Assembly: GCA_025594325.1 (NCBI GenBank)
Contig: JANHCV010000009.1
Coordinates: 1,674,001 to 1,738,000 of the forward strand
From: Blastocladiella emersonii ATCC 22665
Lineage: Eukaryota > Fungi > Blastocladiomycota
Direction: 5' to 3'
DNA: 64,000 bases
Shown: in pieces, positions 46,656 to 58,047 of the stretch
Layout: each line of letters opens with the position of its first letter
How positions within the stretch are numbered: position 1 is the stretch's first letter
Notes under the pieces: generated by a model
Databases searched by the model: none
What the model saw: only the letters and a program-made list of their open reading frames with translations
What the model was told of the DNA's origin: nothing
Program-made: the position numbers and the translations under genes

Positions 46656-48089
46656 TCAGGCAAACTTTTGCACGACCACGGCGTTGAGCAGGCCGAGGCT
46701 CTCGAGGGTGGCCTTGTCGTCGGTGAGCTCGCGCATCGGGAAAGTGGTGTGCAGGGTGAAGGCGCGCTGGTTGGGGAGGGCGAGGCGGGCGACCTGGCGC
46801 AGGTCGGCGAGGGTGTGGGTGGCGTTGAACTTGGAGACGAGGCGGGTGCCGTCGGCGAGACGGAGCTGGATCGAGGTGATGGGCTTGGTGGGGTCCACGT
46901 CCAGCTTGAACGAGGACGGCGCAGGCTGGGCAGGACCGGTCGAGGAGGAGGAGGCAGCACTGGACGCGGCAGCAGCGGCAGGGGCCACCGGGGCGGGAGC
47001 GATGGGGTCACCGGGAACGATGCTAAGGATGATTGAGGGTCAGTACGAGCGGTGCAGAGGGTGGTAGAGTATGAGGACATGCCTGCCGAGGCGGTTGCCC
47101 GCACCGCTGAAAGGCTTGGGCGGGGGAGGGACGTAGGCCTCCTCAATGCGGTGGGCGACGCGGAGATCGACGGGCTGGCCGTGAGCCACGTTGAGGATGT
47201 GGAGAGGAGCGCGGCTAGACAGCAGAAGGGGGTAGTCGAGAGTTAGATGATGAGGCGGGTGATATGGCGCGAGAGGGCATACCCGGACTTGATGGCGTTG
47301 AGAATCTGCTGGCTCGCGGGGTCCGAGTAGTTGTAGAGCGGGCCGTCGTCGATGCTGAAGCCCTCCTTCCAGAAGGTGAGGGTGCGGACGGCCTTGCCGC
47401 GTGGCGCGTCGGGTGCCGGGTTGTTGACGGCCGGGGCCGAGGGCGCGCCCGATGCGGGGGCGGGGTCCTCCTCGGAGCCGAGGCGGTACCCCGCGCCGGT
47501 GAAGGCCTTGAGCTTTGGCGCGGCACCCTCCTCCTCGTCCGAGTCAAAGTCGTCGTGGTCATGGTCATGCTCGTCGTCGTCGTCGTGATCCGAGGCGCCG
47601 GGGCGCGGTCCGCCGCTAGGTGCGAGGAGAGATCATGAGTGAGTTAGGCGTCGAGGACGGGCGGGCGGGCTGGGCGCAGAAAGCGTACGCGGAGGCGAGC
47701 TTGAGAATGTCGTCGACGACGCTCTTGGGCGACTTGGACGCGTCGGGCGGGCCCTGGACGGCGACGCCCGAGTTCTTGCCGCCGGCGTAGTACGTGTTCT
47801 TGTCCTGGTCGCTCGGGGAGCGCGCGCCGAGGCCGCCGAGCGTGGCGATGCGCGACGAGCGCGTCACGACCTCGTCGGCGGTGGGGATCCGCTCCGCGTT
47901 GGCGCTCGCGGAGGCGGGCGTGGACGCGGAGGAGGGAGCAGCACCGGCGCCGACACCTGCCGCTGCGTCGAAGAAGGCGGCAACGGCGCGCTCGAGGTCG
48001 CCGTTGGCCGACTCGAGGTAGAAGGTGGCCTGGGCGGGCGAGGCGCCGGTGACGGCGACGAACTGGGCGACGGCGGCTTCGGGATCCAT
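46656..48089 (-). CDS. SHP1: p47/Shp1 UBA-SEP-UBX Cdc48 adaptor, multi-exon
   Basis: N-terminal UBA-like FVAVTGASPAQATFYLESANGDLERAV, YYAGGKNSG, SEP TFWKEGFSIDDGPL, and UBX IQLRLADGTRLVSKFN...TTFPMREL. Confidence 0.93.
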
Positions 48090-48371
48090 GGTTGCGATGC
48101 GTTTACGTTGCGATGCAGGGAGCGGGAGCGGAGGCGGGAGCGGAGAGGAGGCGCGTCCACCGACGTTCGCGGCGGCGGGCGGTGATGACGACGGCGCATC
48201 GAGTCACGCGCGCGGTCAGCCGCACGTGGGGCGGCGCCGACGCGTTGCGCTTTGCGGCAGGCCGTGCGGGTCCGCCCTCATGCCCTCGTCCGCTCGCTCT
48301 CGCGCTCTCCCCGGTACCCGAACTGCGCTGATTACCAACAACCAACCAACCAACCAACGAATCAACCACCC
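48090..48371. promoter_or_regulatory. Short bidirectional promoter shared by SHP1 and ATG3
   Basis: Head-to-head ATGs 282 bp apart, with a (CCAA)n tract before ATG3. Confidence 0.6.
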
Positions 48372-49412
48372 ATGAGCAACCTCACGTCCGTCTTCCAGGG
48401 CATCCGCGAGTACTGGACGCCCGTGCTGACCGAGTCGCGGTTCGCGTCGCACGCGGTGCTGACGCCGGCCGAGTTTGTCGCGGCGGGCGACTTCCTCGTC
48501 TACAAGTGCGGCACGTGGCGGTGGGACGCCGGCGACCCGGCCAAGCGCCGCGACTACCTGCCCGCCGACAAGCAGTTCCTCACCACCAAGAACGTGCCGT
48601 GCTTCCGCCGCGTGCGCGACCTCGAGTACCGCGACCGCGAGCGCCACGTCGCCGCCACGGGCGCTGACGCCGATGCCGACGGCGCCGACCCCGACGCCTG
48701 GGTCGCCACCCACTGCGCGCCCGACCCCGCCGCCTCGGCCACCGACGACGACGACCTCGACCTGCTCGACGACCTCGCCTCCGACTTTGTCGGCAAGCTC
48801 GGCCTCGGCGCCGCCGCCCCCTCCGCCGCGGCGCCCGCTGCCAAGCACCGCCCGCCACGACCCGCCGCCGCTGCCGCTGCTGCACCACCCGCCCCCGCGA
48901 CCGCCGACATTCCCGACATGGACGCCATCCCCGACATGGACGACCTCGCCGGCGGCATGGTCGAGGAGGACGACCCGGCCGCGCTCAAGCCCGCCGCCGC
49001 GGCCGCCCCTGGATCCGCCTCGGCGTCGGCGCCCGGCGCGGGCTCGGCCATCCTGCGCACGCGCACCTACGACCTGACCATCTCGTACGACAAGTACTAC
49101 CAGACCCCGCGCCTGTCGCTGCTCGGCTACGACGAGGCGCGCCGCCCGCTGTCGCCCGACCACATGCTGCAGGACATTTCGCAGGACCACGCCAACAAGA
49201 CGGTCACCATCGAGCCGCACCCGCACGTCGCCGGCCTCCAGGTCGCCTCCATCCACCCGTGCCGCCACGCCGAGGTCATGCTGCGCATCATGGAAAAGAT
49301 GCTTGACGCCGGCCGCACTGTGCGCGTCGACCAGTACCTCATCGTCTTCCTCAAGTTCATGGCCTCGGTCATCCCCACCATCGACTACGACCACACCATG
49401 TCGCTCGAGTAG
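48372..49412 (+). CDS. ATG3: Autophagy E2-like Atg8-conjugating enzyme
   Basis: [40 protein letters not shown], catalytic SIHPCRHA and [15 protein letters not shown]. Confidence 0.97.
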   Translation: MSNLTSVFQGIREYWTPVLTESRFASHAVLTPAEFVAAGDFLVYKCGTWRWDAGDPAKRRDYLPADKQFLTTKNVPCFRRVRDLEYRDRERHVAATGADADADGADPDAWVATHCAPDPAASATDDDDLDLLDDLASDFVGKLGLGAAAPSAAAPAAKHRPPRPAAAAAAAPPAPATADIPDMDAIPDMDDLAGGMVEEDDPAALKPAAAAAPGSASASAPGAGSAILRTRTYDLTISYDKYYQTPRLSLLGYDEARRPLSPDHMLQDISQDHANKTVTIEPHPHVAGLQVASIHPCRHAEVMLRIMEKMLDAGRTVRVDQYLIVFLKFMASVIPTIDYDHTMSLE

Positions 49413-49480
49413 CCCGTCCGTCATTTACAGTCGATTGACCACCCCACTCACCCTTGTTCTCAATACACCGCAATGCAATT

Positions 49481-51021
49481 CTATTCTCCCCTTGGACGCT
49501 CGAACGCGGCCTTGCCGTATTCCTAGATATCCATCACGCTCGCGTGAGTGTGCGTCCTTCCTCCCAAGTGCCCGCGGCTCTCGTACGTAGGTCCCGATCA
49601 TGATGGCGCATGCGGGCGCAACCTTGGCGACGCGCGGGACCAGGCCGGCAAACAGCCCGCTCACGCCCTCGCGCTTGCCAATCGACCGCAGGATCAGGTA
49701 CAGCCGCGCCGGGGTGCCCGCGGTGCTCAGTTGCCGCCGCGTCTTGGCTACATCCAAAGGGGTTGTTGCCGCCGCCGCGACCATGCCCGCTGTCGCGCCC
49801 GCCGCAAACGGCACGACCCATTCGTCATGGGCGGGCGCGTAGGGCGTCCACTGCGCCTTGAGGGCCTCGTAGCTGGCCCAGTACAGGGCCGAGAAGGGCA
49901 CGTCGCGGGCCAGCGTGGCCGACAGCCCACGCCACAGGTAGTGCGGGCCGACGCGTCGGACGTGTGACGCGACCTGGGCGAGAATGTCGCCGACGGCCTT
50001 GTCGGCCGCGTACACGGACTGCATCTGGGTGCGGACCAGCTCGATTGGCGAGATGACCGTCACGGCGATGGCTACACGCGGGTTCCCGTCAGTGCTGGGA
50101 GAGTTGGTTTAACGAAAACACTGTCGACGCACTGCGAGCGAGTCCACCAGCGAGAAGCGGGGCGTAGATGTCGGGTCGCGGGACGGCGGGGGCGATCGAG
50201 TCCTTGAGCCACTCGTAGCCGACAAAGTAGATGACGTTGGCCGGGACCGCCATGATCCTGGACACGGCACAGTCGAGTTAACGTAAGCGAGCGGTGTGAG
50301 GTGCGAGGTGGGAGTGCCAGCCGGCCAGCGCGTACAGGGTCGGGGTGAGGCCGCGCCACAGCGAGGAAATGCCCTCGGCGCGCGCAATCCTGACCATGGC
50401 GTCCCACGTGCCGGTAAACTGGCCCGCTGGCATTGCTGTGGACTGCGCCGGCGGCGGTGGCAGCGACACCGTCCGTGCGGCACCCGCGGCGGCATGGACG
50501 CGGGCAGCACCGCCGCTCCGTGGAGCAGTCGACACGCGCGGGTGGGCCGCAGTAGCAGATGTTGCAGCCGCGGGGCTCAATCGCGGGGCCGTGTGCGGGC
50601 GCTCGACAAAGCCGTGGCGCGAGGTGCAGAACCAGGCCACCTCCTTGCCGCCCGAGAAGAAGACTTCGCGGCAGCACGTCATGATGGGCGCGGGCCCCGC
50701 CACGCCGCCGGCAGCAGCCGCGTGCGGGAGCCGGCCGGGCCCCGGGATCGGGCACCGCGGCTTGGGGGCGGCTGGTCGCGGTGCGGCGCCGGTCCCCGGG
50801 GCTCCCGCGGCGGGCGAGCCGGGTGCGGGCTGCTGCTGCATGCGGGTCTTGACCACATCGAGCGGGGTGACGAGCAGCGACGTCAGGATCGAGCCGGCCG
50901 ACGCGGACGCGAGGCGGTGCAGCGTGGCCTCGGCGAGCAAGGGGCCCGCGTCGCGGTCGGAGCGCTCCATGGGCGCGGGTTCGGGTCGGTGCCGGGCCTG
51001 CGGCGGCGATGAAGAATTCAT
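49481..51021 (-). CDS. MTM1: Mitochondrial carrier MTM1/SLC25A39-40 family, multi-exon
   Basis: VTPLDVVKTRMQ, long Cys-containing loop, GTWDAMVRIARAEGISSLWRGLTPTL, SPIELVRTQMQ, RDVPFSALYW, TTPLDVAKTRRQ and KVAPACAIMI. Confidence 0.9.
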
Positions 51022-51220
51022 GGGCTCACTGAAGGGCTGCTTGGGGAGAAGAAGCGTGTTGTTGACGCTGACGATGCGTCGAGCCGGCGCGCTGGTCGGC
51101 GCGCTCCACTATCCTGCCGATCGGCGGCAACTGCTCGGACCTCGCGCTCCTCTCTCACGAGTACAACACGGTATCAACAACTTGCCGCACCGCGACCGGC
51201 AGCACGAACCGACCTCCTGC

Positions 51221-54200
51221 ATGCCGTTTGCTCTCGAGGAGGAGTTTGCCGTGCGCGTGCCGGGCGTCGCCGAGCACGCCGTGGCCGTGCACACGCACGC
51301 GGCGTCGGGCCTGCGCTGCGTCGTCGCCCCCACCGTTCCCGGCCCGCTGTGCACCGCCGTCATCGTGGTGCCGACCGCCGCCCTTGACTCGCGCGGCGCC
51401 GCGCACACGCTCGAGCACCTCTGCTTCACGGGCAGCGCCGCCTTCCCGCACCGCGGCTTCCTCGACACGGCCGCCCTGCTCGCCCTCTCGGCCGGCACCA
51501 ACGCCTGGACCGATCTCGATGCTACCTGCTACACCGTCTCTACCGCCGGCCCCGCCGGCCTGCTCGCGCTGCTGCCCGTCTTCCTCGACCACGTCCTTCG
51601 CCCAACGCTGCGCGAGGACCAGTTCGTCACCGAGGTCTACCACGTGGACGGCCGCGGCCACGAGGCCGGCGTCGTCTTCTGCGAGATGCTCGCCCGTGAG
51701 CACTCCGAGTCCGACCGCCTCGACCTACACGTCCGCCGCGCCCTCTACGGCCCAGAGTCGGCCTACTCCTATGAATGTGGCGGCCTCACCGCCGAGATCC
51801 GCTCGCTGACCAATCGGGACATTGCGCGCTTCCACTCAACTCACTACGACCCCGCCCGCGTCACGACGATCCTTATTGGCGACCAGATCCCTGTCGCGGA
51901 CATTCTTGACGCTCTCGACGCGGCGCCATCTCTCGCCAGCTCCTCGCACCCTGATGCGGCCCAGGATGCTGCGCATCCGGCGCCCCTGGCCGAACTCGCC
52001 CCACTTCACCCGCTTGCCCCTGGCCTTACAACCCAGGTCGTCCGCTTTCCCGCCGAGGACGAAGACCAGGGCACCATCGCGTACGCGTGGCACGGCCCGC
52101 ACTCGCTTGACGACGAGACCACCGTCGTTGCCCTCGACGTGCTCTTCCGGTACCTCAGCGAGGGCTCCGCCGCGCCACTTGCCCGCGCTCTCGTCGATTC
52201 CACCGGTGCCCCCGGCAGCGATATCGATCTCGAGCTGCGCGCTTACAATCGCTCCATGCTGATGCTCTCAGTCGGTGGCATCGAGTACCACGGCCGCGCC
52301 AACCACGACGTCAAAGTGGACGGTGCGCCTGGCTCCGATTCGGGCGCCGAAGGCAGCGATGACGACGACTGGGCCGATGAATCTTCCGAGGACGATGCTG
52401 ACTCGAGCGATGCAGACGACGAGGAAGTGAGCGATCGGGACGACGCCAACAGCGATGCGGGCAGCTCCGACGCTGGTTCCGGCAAGGATTGGTTTGCACG
52501 GCACGCGCTCTCATCGCTCGTTTGGTCCACGCTCCGCGACCAGGCCGCCGGCGCCATGTCGTTGGACCGCATCCACGCCGCCCTGCGCCGCCACCGCATC
52601 CAAACTCTCACGCAGCTTGAGGACGACCCGCACGACACTATGCTTGCCGCCTGGCTCCCTCGTCTCGTCTCTCCGCACCGTATGCCTCTCAGCGGCAAGT
52701 CTGACGTCTTTGCCGTGCTCAACGACCTCGCCACCCGCCCCATCGATTACTGGCGCACCCTGCTCCGAGACTGGCTTGTAGATGCGCCCGCCATTGAGAC
52801 TATGACCGTCCCGAGCATTTCATTCGCGAAGCGAGTCGAAGCTGACAAGAAGGCGGTGGTGCAGCGCCATCGAAAGCGACTCGGCCCGCACGGCCTTCGA
52901 TCGCAGCAGACCAAGGTCGACCGTGCCGTCGCCGCCAACGAAATTGTACTCGATCGCTTCGCTGCTGCATTGCCGCCGCCCACGGATCCGAGCACAGTGC
53001 CCAGTCCCTCCTTTGCCGACCGCGTGCATCGCCTGGCAGGCGCCGACGGTAGCTTCCCCTTTGTCCACACGGTCGAGGTCGCTACCTCCTTCAACCATGT
53101 CAAACTCTTCTTTGAGCTTGCGACTGTGGCCGTTGACTTGCTGCCGTACCTTTTACTTCTCCAGGAACTGCTTTTCCAGCTCCCGACAAGCAGTGAATCG
53201 TGGACCTCTGTTGTTGACCATCTACACGAGCACACGACCAATTGCTACGCTTCTGTCGGACTAGGCTCCGATGTTTTCACGGCCAGCTACCTTAGTGAAG
53301 CGTTTGTGCTCGCTTTTACCTGCCTCCCCGACTCGCTTCCCGCCGCGGCTGACTGGGTCTTCAAGGCTGCCCTGCACGCCGTGTGGGACTCGGAGCGCAT
53401 CGCGACCATCGCCAAGAACTTGCTGAGCGACATTCGCGAGTGGCGCCGCGATGGGCAGTCGCTGACGGGTGCTCTTTTCAGTGCGCTCGTGTCCAAGTCA
53501 ACTGGCCTCCCCGACCGCCACCTCTCCATCTTTGCCCAGGAGTCCGTGCTCAAGAAGGTGTTGCGCGACCCTGCCTCGGCCGTCGAGAAGCTCGCTGCGC
53601 TTCATTCCGCAATCTTCTCGCGACCGTGGATTGCGCAAATCGGTCATGGTGACTCTTCAGCGGGCATCACCGACGCCCAGCTGCCAAACGCGTGGAAGAT
53701 TGTCAATGACGTCTGGCTCAAGACGCTGTTCACCTCGTCTGTAAGTTCTGCCGAAGTGGTCCCAGCTCTCACGCCCGTGTCTGTGTCAAGCCCGTTCCCG
53801 CTCACGCGTACCCGGTATCAGCACCAAGCCGGCCCTGCCATCGTCGTTAACGTCCAGGGTGTAACAGCATCCTACATTTCTCTGTTTGTTGAATGTGGTG
53901 CGTATCGTTTCCTCCCTCGCCTCATGATAGTCTACTGACGCTGACCAGCGGCCGTCCACTCCAGATCTGCTTTCTCAGCCCAACCACCCCGACTACCACG
54001 CGGTCATTGTCCTGTGCGAGCTCTTGAACCGCGCCGAGGGCCCGCTCTTCACTGCTATCCGCGGCCCCGGGCTTGCCTACGATGCGTCGCTGCACGTGGC
54101 CGTGTGGACCGGTACTCTTTCGTTTGACGTAAGCGAGGCCTCGGACCCCGTAGCCTGCCTTAAGGCGCTTGCGGCCGTTCTCAGCAACATCACCGTCTCC

Positions 54201-54605
54201 CCGCTGATCCTGTCGCTAGCCAAGTCGGCGCTCGCCTACCGCCAGGCCGCGTCACGCGCGTCCCCAGGCGCAGTGATCGGCGAGGCGTTCAAGGCGCGGG
54301 TCAAGGGGTTCCCCCACGGGCTCACGGACGAGGACGAGTTTGCCAAGCAGATTTCCCGCGTCGAGTGCGAGGACGTGCTCCGCGTCGTGCCGTACATGCT
54401 CCGCCTCCTCGATGCTGCGCAACGCCGCCTCGTCCTCGTCGTCCCTGAAGGCGGGCAGGCGAGCACCAACGAACTACAACGAGCTTTGTGCCGCGACTTT
54501 GGGGTTCCTGTGACTGGCCTTGGTGCGCCGCAGGTGGTCCCTGCGGGCAAGGTCGCCGAGCATTTGCTGCTGCCGCCGATTTCAGTAGTTGGAGCGGGCT
54601 GTTGA
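51221..54605 (+). CDS. M16 (insulinase) zinc metallopeptidase, SDD3/YOL098C-like, 2 exons
   Basis: GAAHTLEHLCFTGS (HxxEH), NAWTDLDATCYT, GVVFCEM and an acidic insert. Intron about 53898-53964. Probable start MPFALEEEF at 51221. Confidence 0.9.
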
Positions 54606-55212
54606 TCAAGCAACGGCCATAAGACCGTATTTGTGTAATGTATGTCATCGATCGGAATTCTGCCATGGACAGTTATCGATCGTTGCACCCACTTGCTGTG
54701 GTCACAAACCGAGTTGTTTACTTCCCAAGGCAGTTGCCCGCTGCTGATGCGAGTGTCCGTGCCCTCGTCGTGCCCAAAAGACGCACAAGCACCGCTGCCC
54801 TTGAGGTATACTTCATATTCAGCGAGTCAATCCTCAAGTCTTGGTCGTGCTCCGTGCCTTTGTCGTGACGAAGAATGGTATACGGTGCGAACATGACGTT
54901 GGAAGCGGATACGATGGATGAGCAAGTTCCGGATTGCGAAGTCGTTTCCGGAGGTGAGCGAGACGCGGCCAACTGCGCCATCCGTGGCGCCGCGTCGCGT
55001 TTCAGATTCGCGTGGGATGAGGGTCGGCATCAGAACGCCGTCTCTGGCTTGAAGTGCTCGCTGTGCCACGCCGACACGATACGACAGCGACTTTGTGGGT
55101 TGAAGGACCAGAGCTCGAGGCAGCGATATGCAATGGTATGGTTATGAGCTATGAAGGAAGGGGGAAGGAAGGGAGCGGTCCAACAAACTCAATCTACAAC
55201 AATGAGGAGAGT

Positions 55213-56315
55213 CTAGCCAATGACAACCGGTGGGTGCGCCGCTGCGAGGGCAGCCGAGACGGGCGCGGTCCGCTGGCTTACGTCCAGCTGCAAGTTCAAA
55301 GCAGCAGCAGCACCGCGAACTACGCGCCAGGCGGCCAGCACTTGGGCATGCTGCGCGGTGAACACGGAGCCCTGCAGATCGAGCATGCGCAGGGCAGGCG
55401 GGAGGTGCGCGACCACGACCGCGGTCGCCCCGGGCGGCAGCGAGGACCCCGCGAGCCGGAGCACCTTGAGCTGCTGGTGGTGGTGGTGATGATAGTGCTG
55501 AAGCGACGCCATCAGCGCGGTCATGGCCGACGCGGTCCACGTCTCGCCGCTGAGGTCGAGCACGAGCAGGGTGGGCGGTAGCGCAAGGAAGAGGGCCGAC
55601 TGCGCCTCGGTGACGGGCGCCGTCACCACGTGAGCCTGCTCCGTTATGAGGCAGTTCTTCATGACAAGTTCGCGCAGGTGCGGCGGCAGGCCAGCTGCGA
55701 GCCCGCGTGTCGCGCGGGGACCGAGGGTGCACCCGGTCAGGTCGAGGTTCCGGAGCGTCCGCGGCAGCGGCCACGCGTCGCCGTCGACCAGGTGCGCCGA
55801 CGCCACCACGTCTGCCGCGTCCCCATCCTCGGTGGGGCCTGCGATAACGAAGCACGGGGCTTGGCCAGGCAGGTTCAGGAGGACCCGCTCGAGGCACCGC
55901 AGGTCGTTGCGGCTCAGGTCTAGCGACCACAGCGTGACCGACGAGGGGATCGCGGCCAGGAGCGCGGCCAGCGAGTCGCCGTGCAGCCCCGCGTTGCTGA
56001 GGGTCAGGTCCTTGAGGTTAGGCGGGAGCAACTCGGCGAGCGTGCGCGCGGCCGAGCACCCGAGGATGTCGCAGTCGAAGAGGCGCAAAGTGGTGAGGGT
56101 CGCGAGTGGAGCGGTGTTGCCGACACCGCCGTGGCCGTTGCTCGGGATCAGGTGCCGGATCAGCGAGCTGGTAATGCCGAGTTCGCAGTCGCCCAGCGTC
56201 AGCGACTCGAGAGACGCCGGCCAGCAGGCGGCTCTGCCCGGTGACGGCAGTTGCGGCGACCCAGTCGGCGCGAGCCAGTACAGCGTTAGAGACGCCACCT
56301 TGACCGTGTTGGGCA
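55213..56315 (-). pseudogene. RNI-like leucine-rich repeat gene with its 5' end lost at the LINE junction
   Basis: Repeats such as LESLTLGDCEL, LPPNLKDLTLSNAGL, LWSLDLSRNDL, LPRTLRNLDLTGCTL and LPPALRMLDLQGS. No in-frame ATG upstream. Confidence 0.7.
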
Positions 56316-57693
56316 GGCGTTGAGGGGAACGAGATCGCTGACGGGCTCGCCGCTGACGGGGTCAATCTGGCCCAAGAGCTCGTCCTCGCTCCCCCCTTCG
56401 CCAAACAGATCCGGTTAGATGTTCAGCATGCGCTGTATTTTGATGACGTCCCCGTTCCCACATCCTCCACTGCATTCCTCAAGATCCTGTCCACTGCGCG
56501 CTGCGATGCGACCTTGCGCTCCAAGTCCGCCCTCCTCTCCTCCCTCCACACCTCCCCTGACCCCGATGAGCACCCTGACATGCTTGCGACCTCACTGGCC
56601 ATTGGTTCCGGCTCCCGCCCGCTCGATAAGCGCACCTCCAGCGCTGCGAACCGCGACATCGTCTATCGCGTTCGCCACCTCCTTGGGATCACACCCACTC
56701 GCTCACTACTGCACGCCCGCCATCCTACTCTAGTCACTTCACCGGTGTGTCCTAGGTGCCAAGTAGCCATTGACGACGGAAGCCACTGGATGATCTGCAC
56801 CCGTAACGCCGCGGCCGTGTCCACCGCGCTGGGCTCTGCCCAAAAGTCCATTGAGCGCTATGCTCGCCGCGCCGCTGCCTCTGTTGCCGCCGCCGCCGCC
56901 GCCGCTACTGCCGCCGCCGCCTCCACTGCACGAGCACCAAATGCGCCCACTCTACCTCCACCTCCATCTGCACCCCCACCGCCTCTCTCTCCTATCCAAG
57001 GCGACGACCTCAGTACGCCCGGCTACACCATGGTCGGCGAGTCCATTGCTGGCGCAACCGACGCCCTCCACAACTTTGGCACTCGACTCGCGGCCTCCAT
57101 CTGGCGCGACCCCGACGCCCTCTCCCGCCTCGCCGGCTGCGTTCTACGCGTCCGCGACGTATCGTTCGGCTCGCGGTCCCTCCAACTCGACCGCGCCCTC
57201 ACCCGGCCTGTCCTCGCGGCCATCACCTCCGTGGCCTCGCGCTCCCTCTGGCGACTCGGCTGGCTCCCCCATGCCGCTCGGTGCGCCGAGGTCGACCCGC
57301 TCAACTTCTCCGACGCTCCGCCCCGCGAGGCGAGCGCACGCATTCGACGTCCATTTGGCCAACACAGGGCCACCCTCAAGTTCATCAACAAACACAACTA
57401 CTGCACGCAGTGCTTGCACTCGATGCACTCCCACGCCCCCAACCCCTCTGGGCGTGAAGAAGACCCGCCCGTGTGCCCGCCCACCACTGCGGCCCAGGCG
57501 GCTCTTGCTGCAGATCCCTCCGTCCGTCTTTGGCTGCTCGGCTCCCCAAGGCACATCCTGAAGTGACAAGTCCAAAGGAACCGCGTGGTCGTCGCTGAAT
57601 CATGCCCATCGGTGCATTGATTGACACAAAAGAAAAGAAAAGAACAGAAACTAAAAGAAAAGAAAAGACAAAACAGAAGAAGAAAAAGAAAAA
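56316..57693 (+). mobile_element. 5'-truncated non-LTR retrotransposon (LINE): RNase H end + zf-RVT/CCHC + A-rich tail
   Basis: The frame is open from about 56304 to the stop at 57566. It contains GVEGNEIADGLAADG (RNase H C-terminal motif) and TPTRSLLHARHPTLVTSPVCPRCQVAIDDGSHWMIC (CCHC finger). A-rich tail at 57628-57693. Confidence 0.85.
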
Positions 57694-58047
57694 CTGACAT
57701 TCCTCTCGGGCCACGGCCAAAGCCACAGTACTGCTACTGGCTTTCCGGCGTGCCCTCGCTCTCTCGCTGGCCAGCCCAGCATGTCGCCCTGCTCGGTCTC
57801 GATTATTGTTCATTCGCTCTCTCTCTCTCGCTACTGCTCGTCTGACGCTACTGGTCTGATTTGCTCCGTCCGTTTGTCCTATCTTCCCTCCTTCCCTCAC
57901 TTCTTCCCCTTTGCTCCTCGACGTGCGTGGTCCAGGCCTTGCTGAATTGCAGCTCGGCCAGAAAAGGCCGGCGCCTGTCGTACAGTGGATACTCTGCTTG
58001 CAGGTTACAACCGCTGTTAAGGAATAAATCAAAGGTTCCAATAAAAA

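Noticed and set aside
50345-51220. N-terminal extension of the 1197-aa ORF
   Set aside because: It is antisense to MTM1 coding sequence. The M16 homology begins at MPFALEEEF (51221).
56469-57705. ACTG(A)CATTCCTC as a LINE target-site duplication
   Set aside because: It needs an indel, and the left copy lies inside the LINE reading frame, downstream of the RNase H motif.
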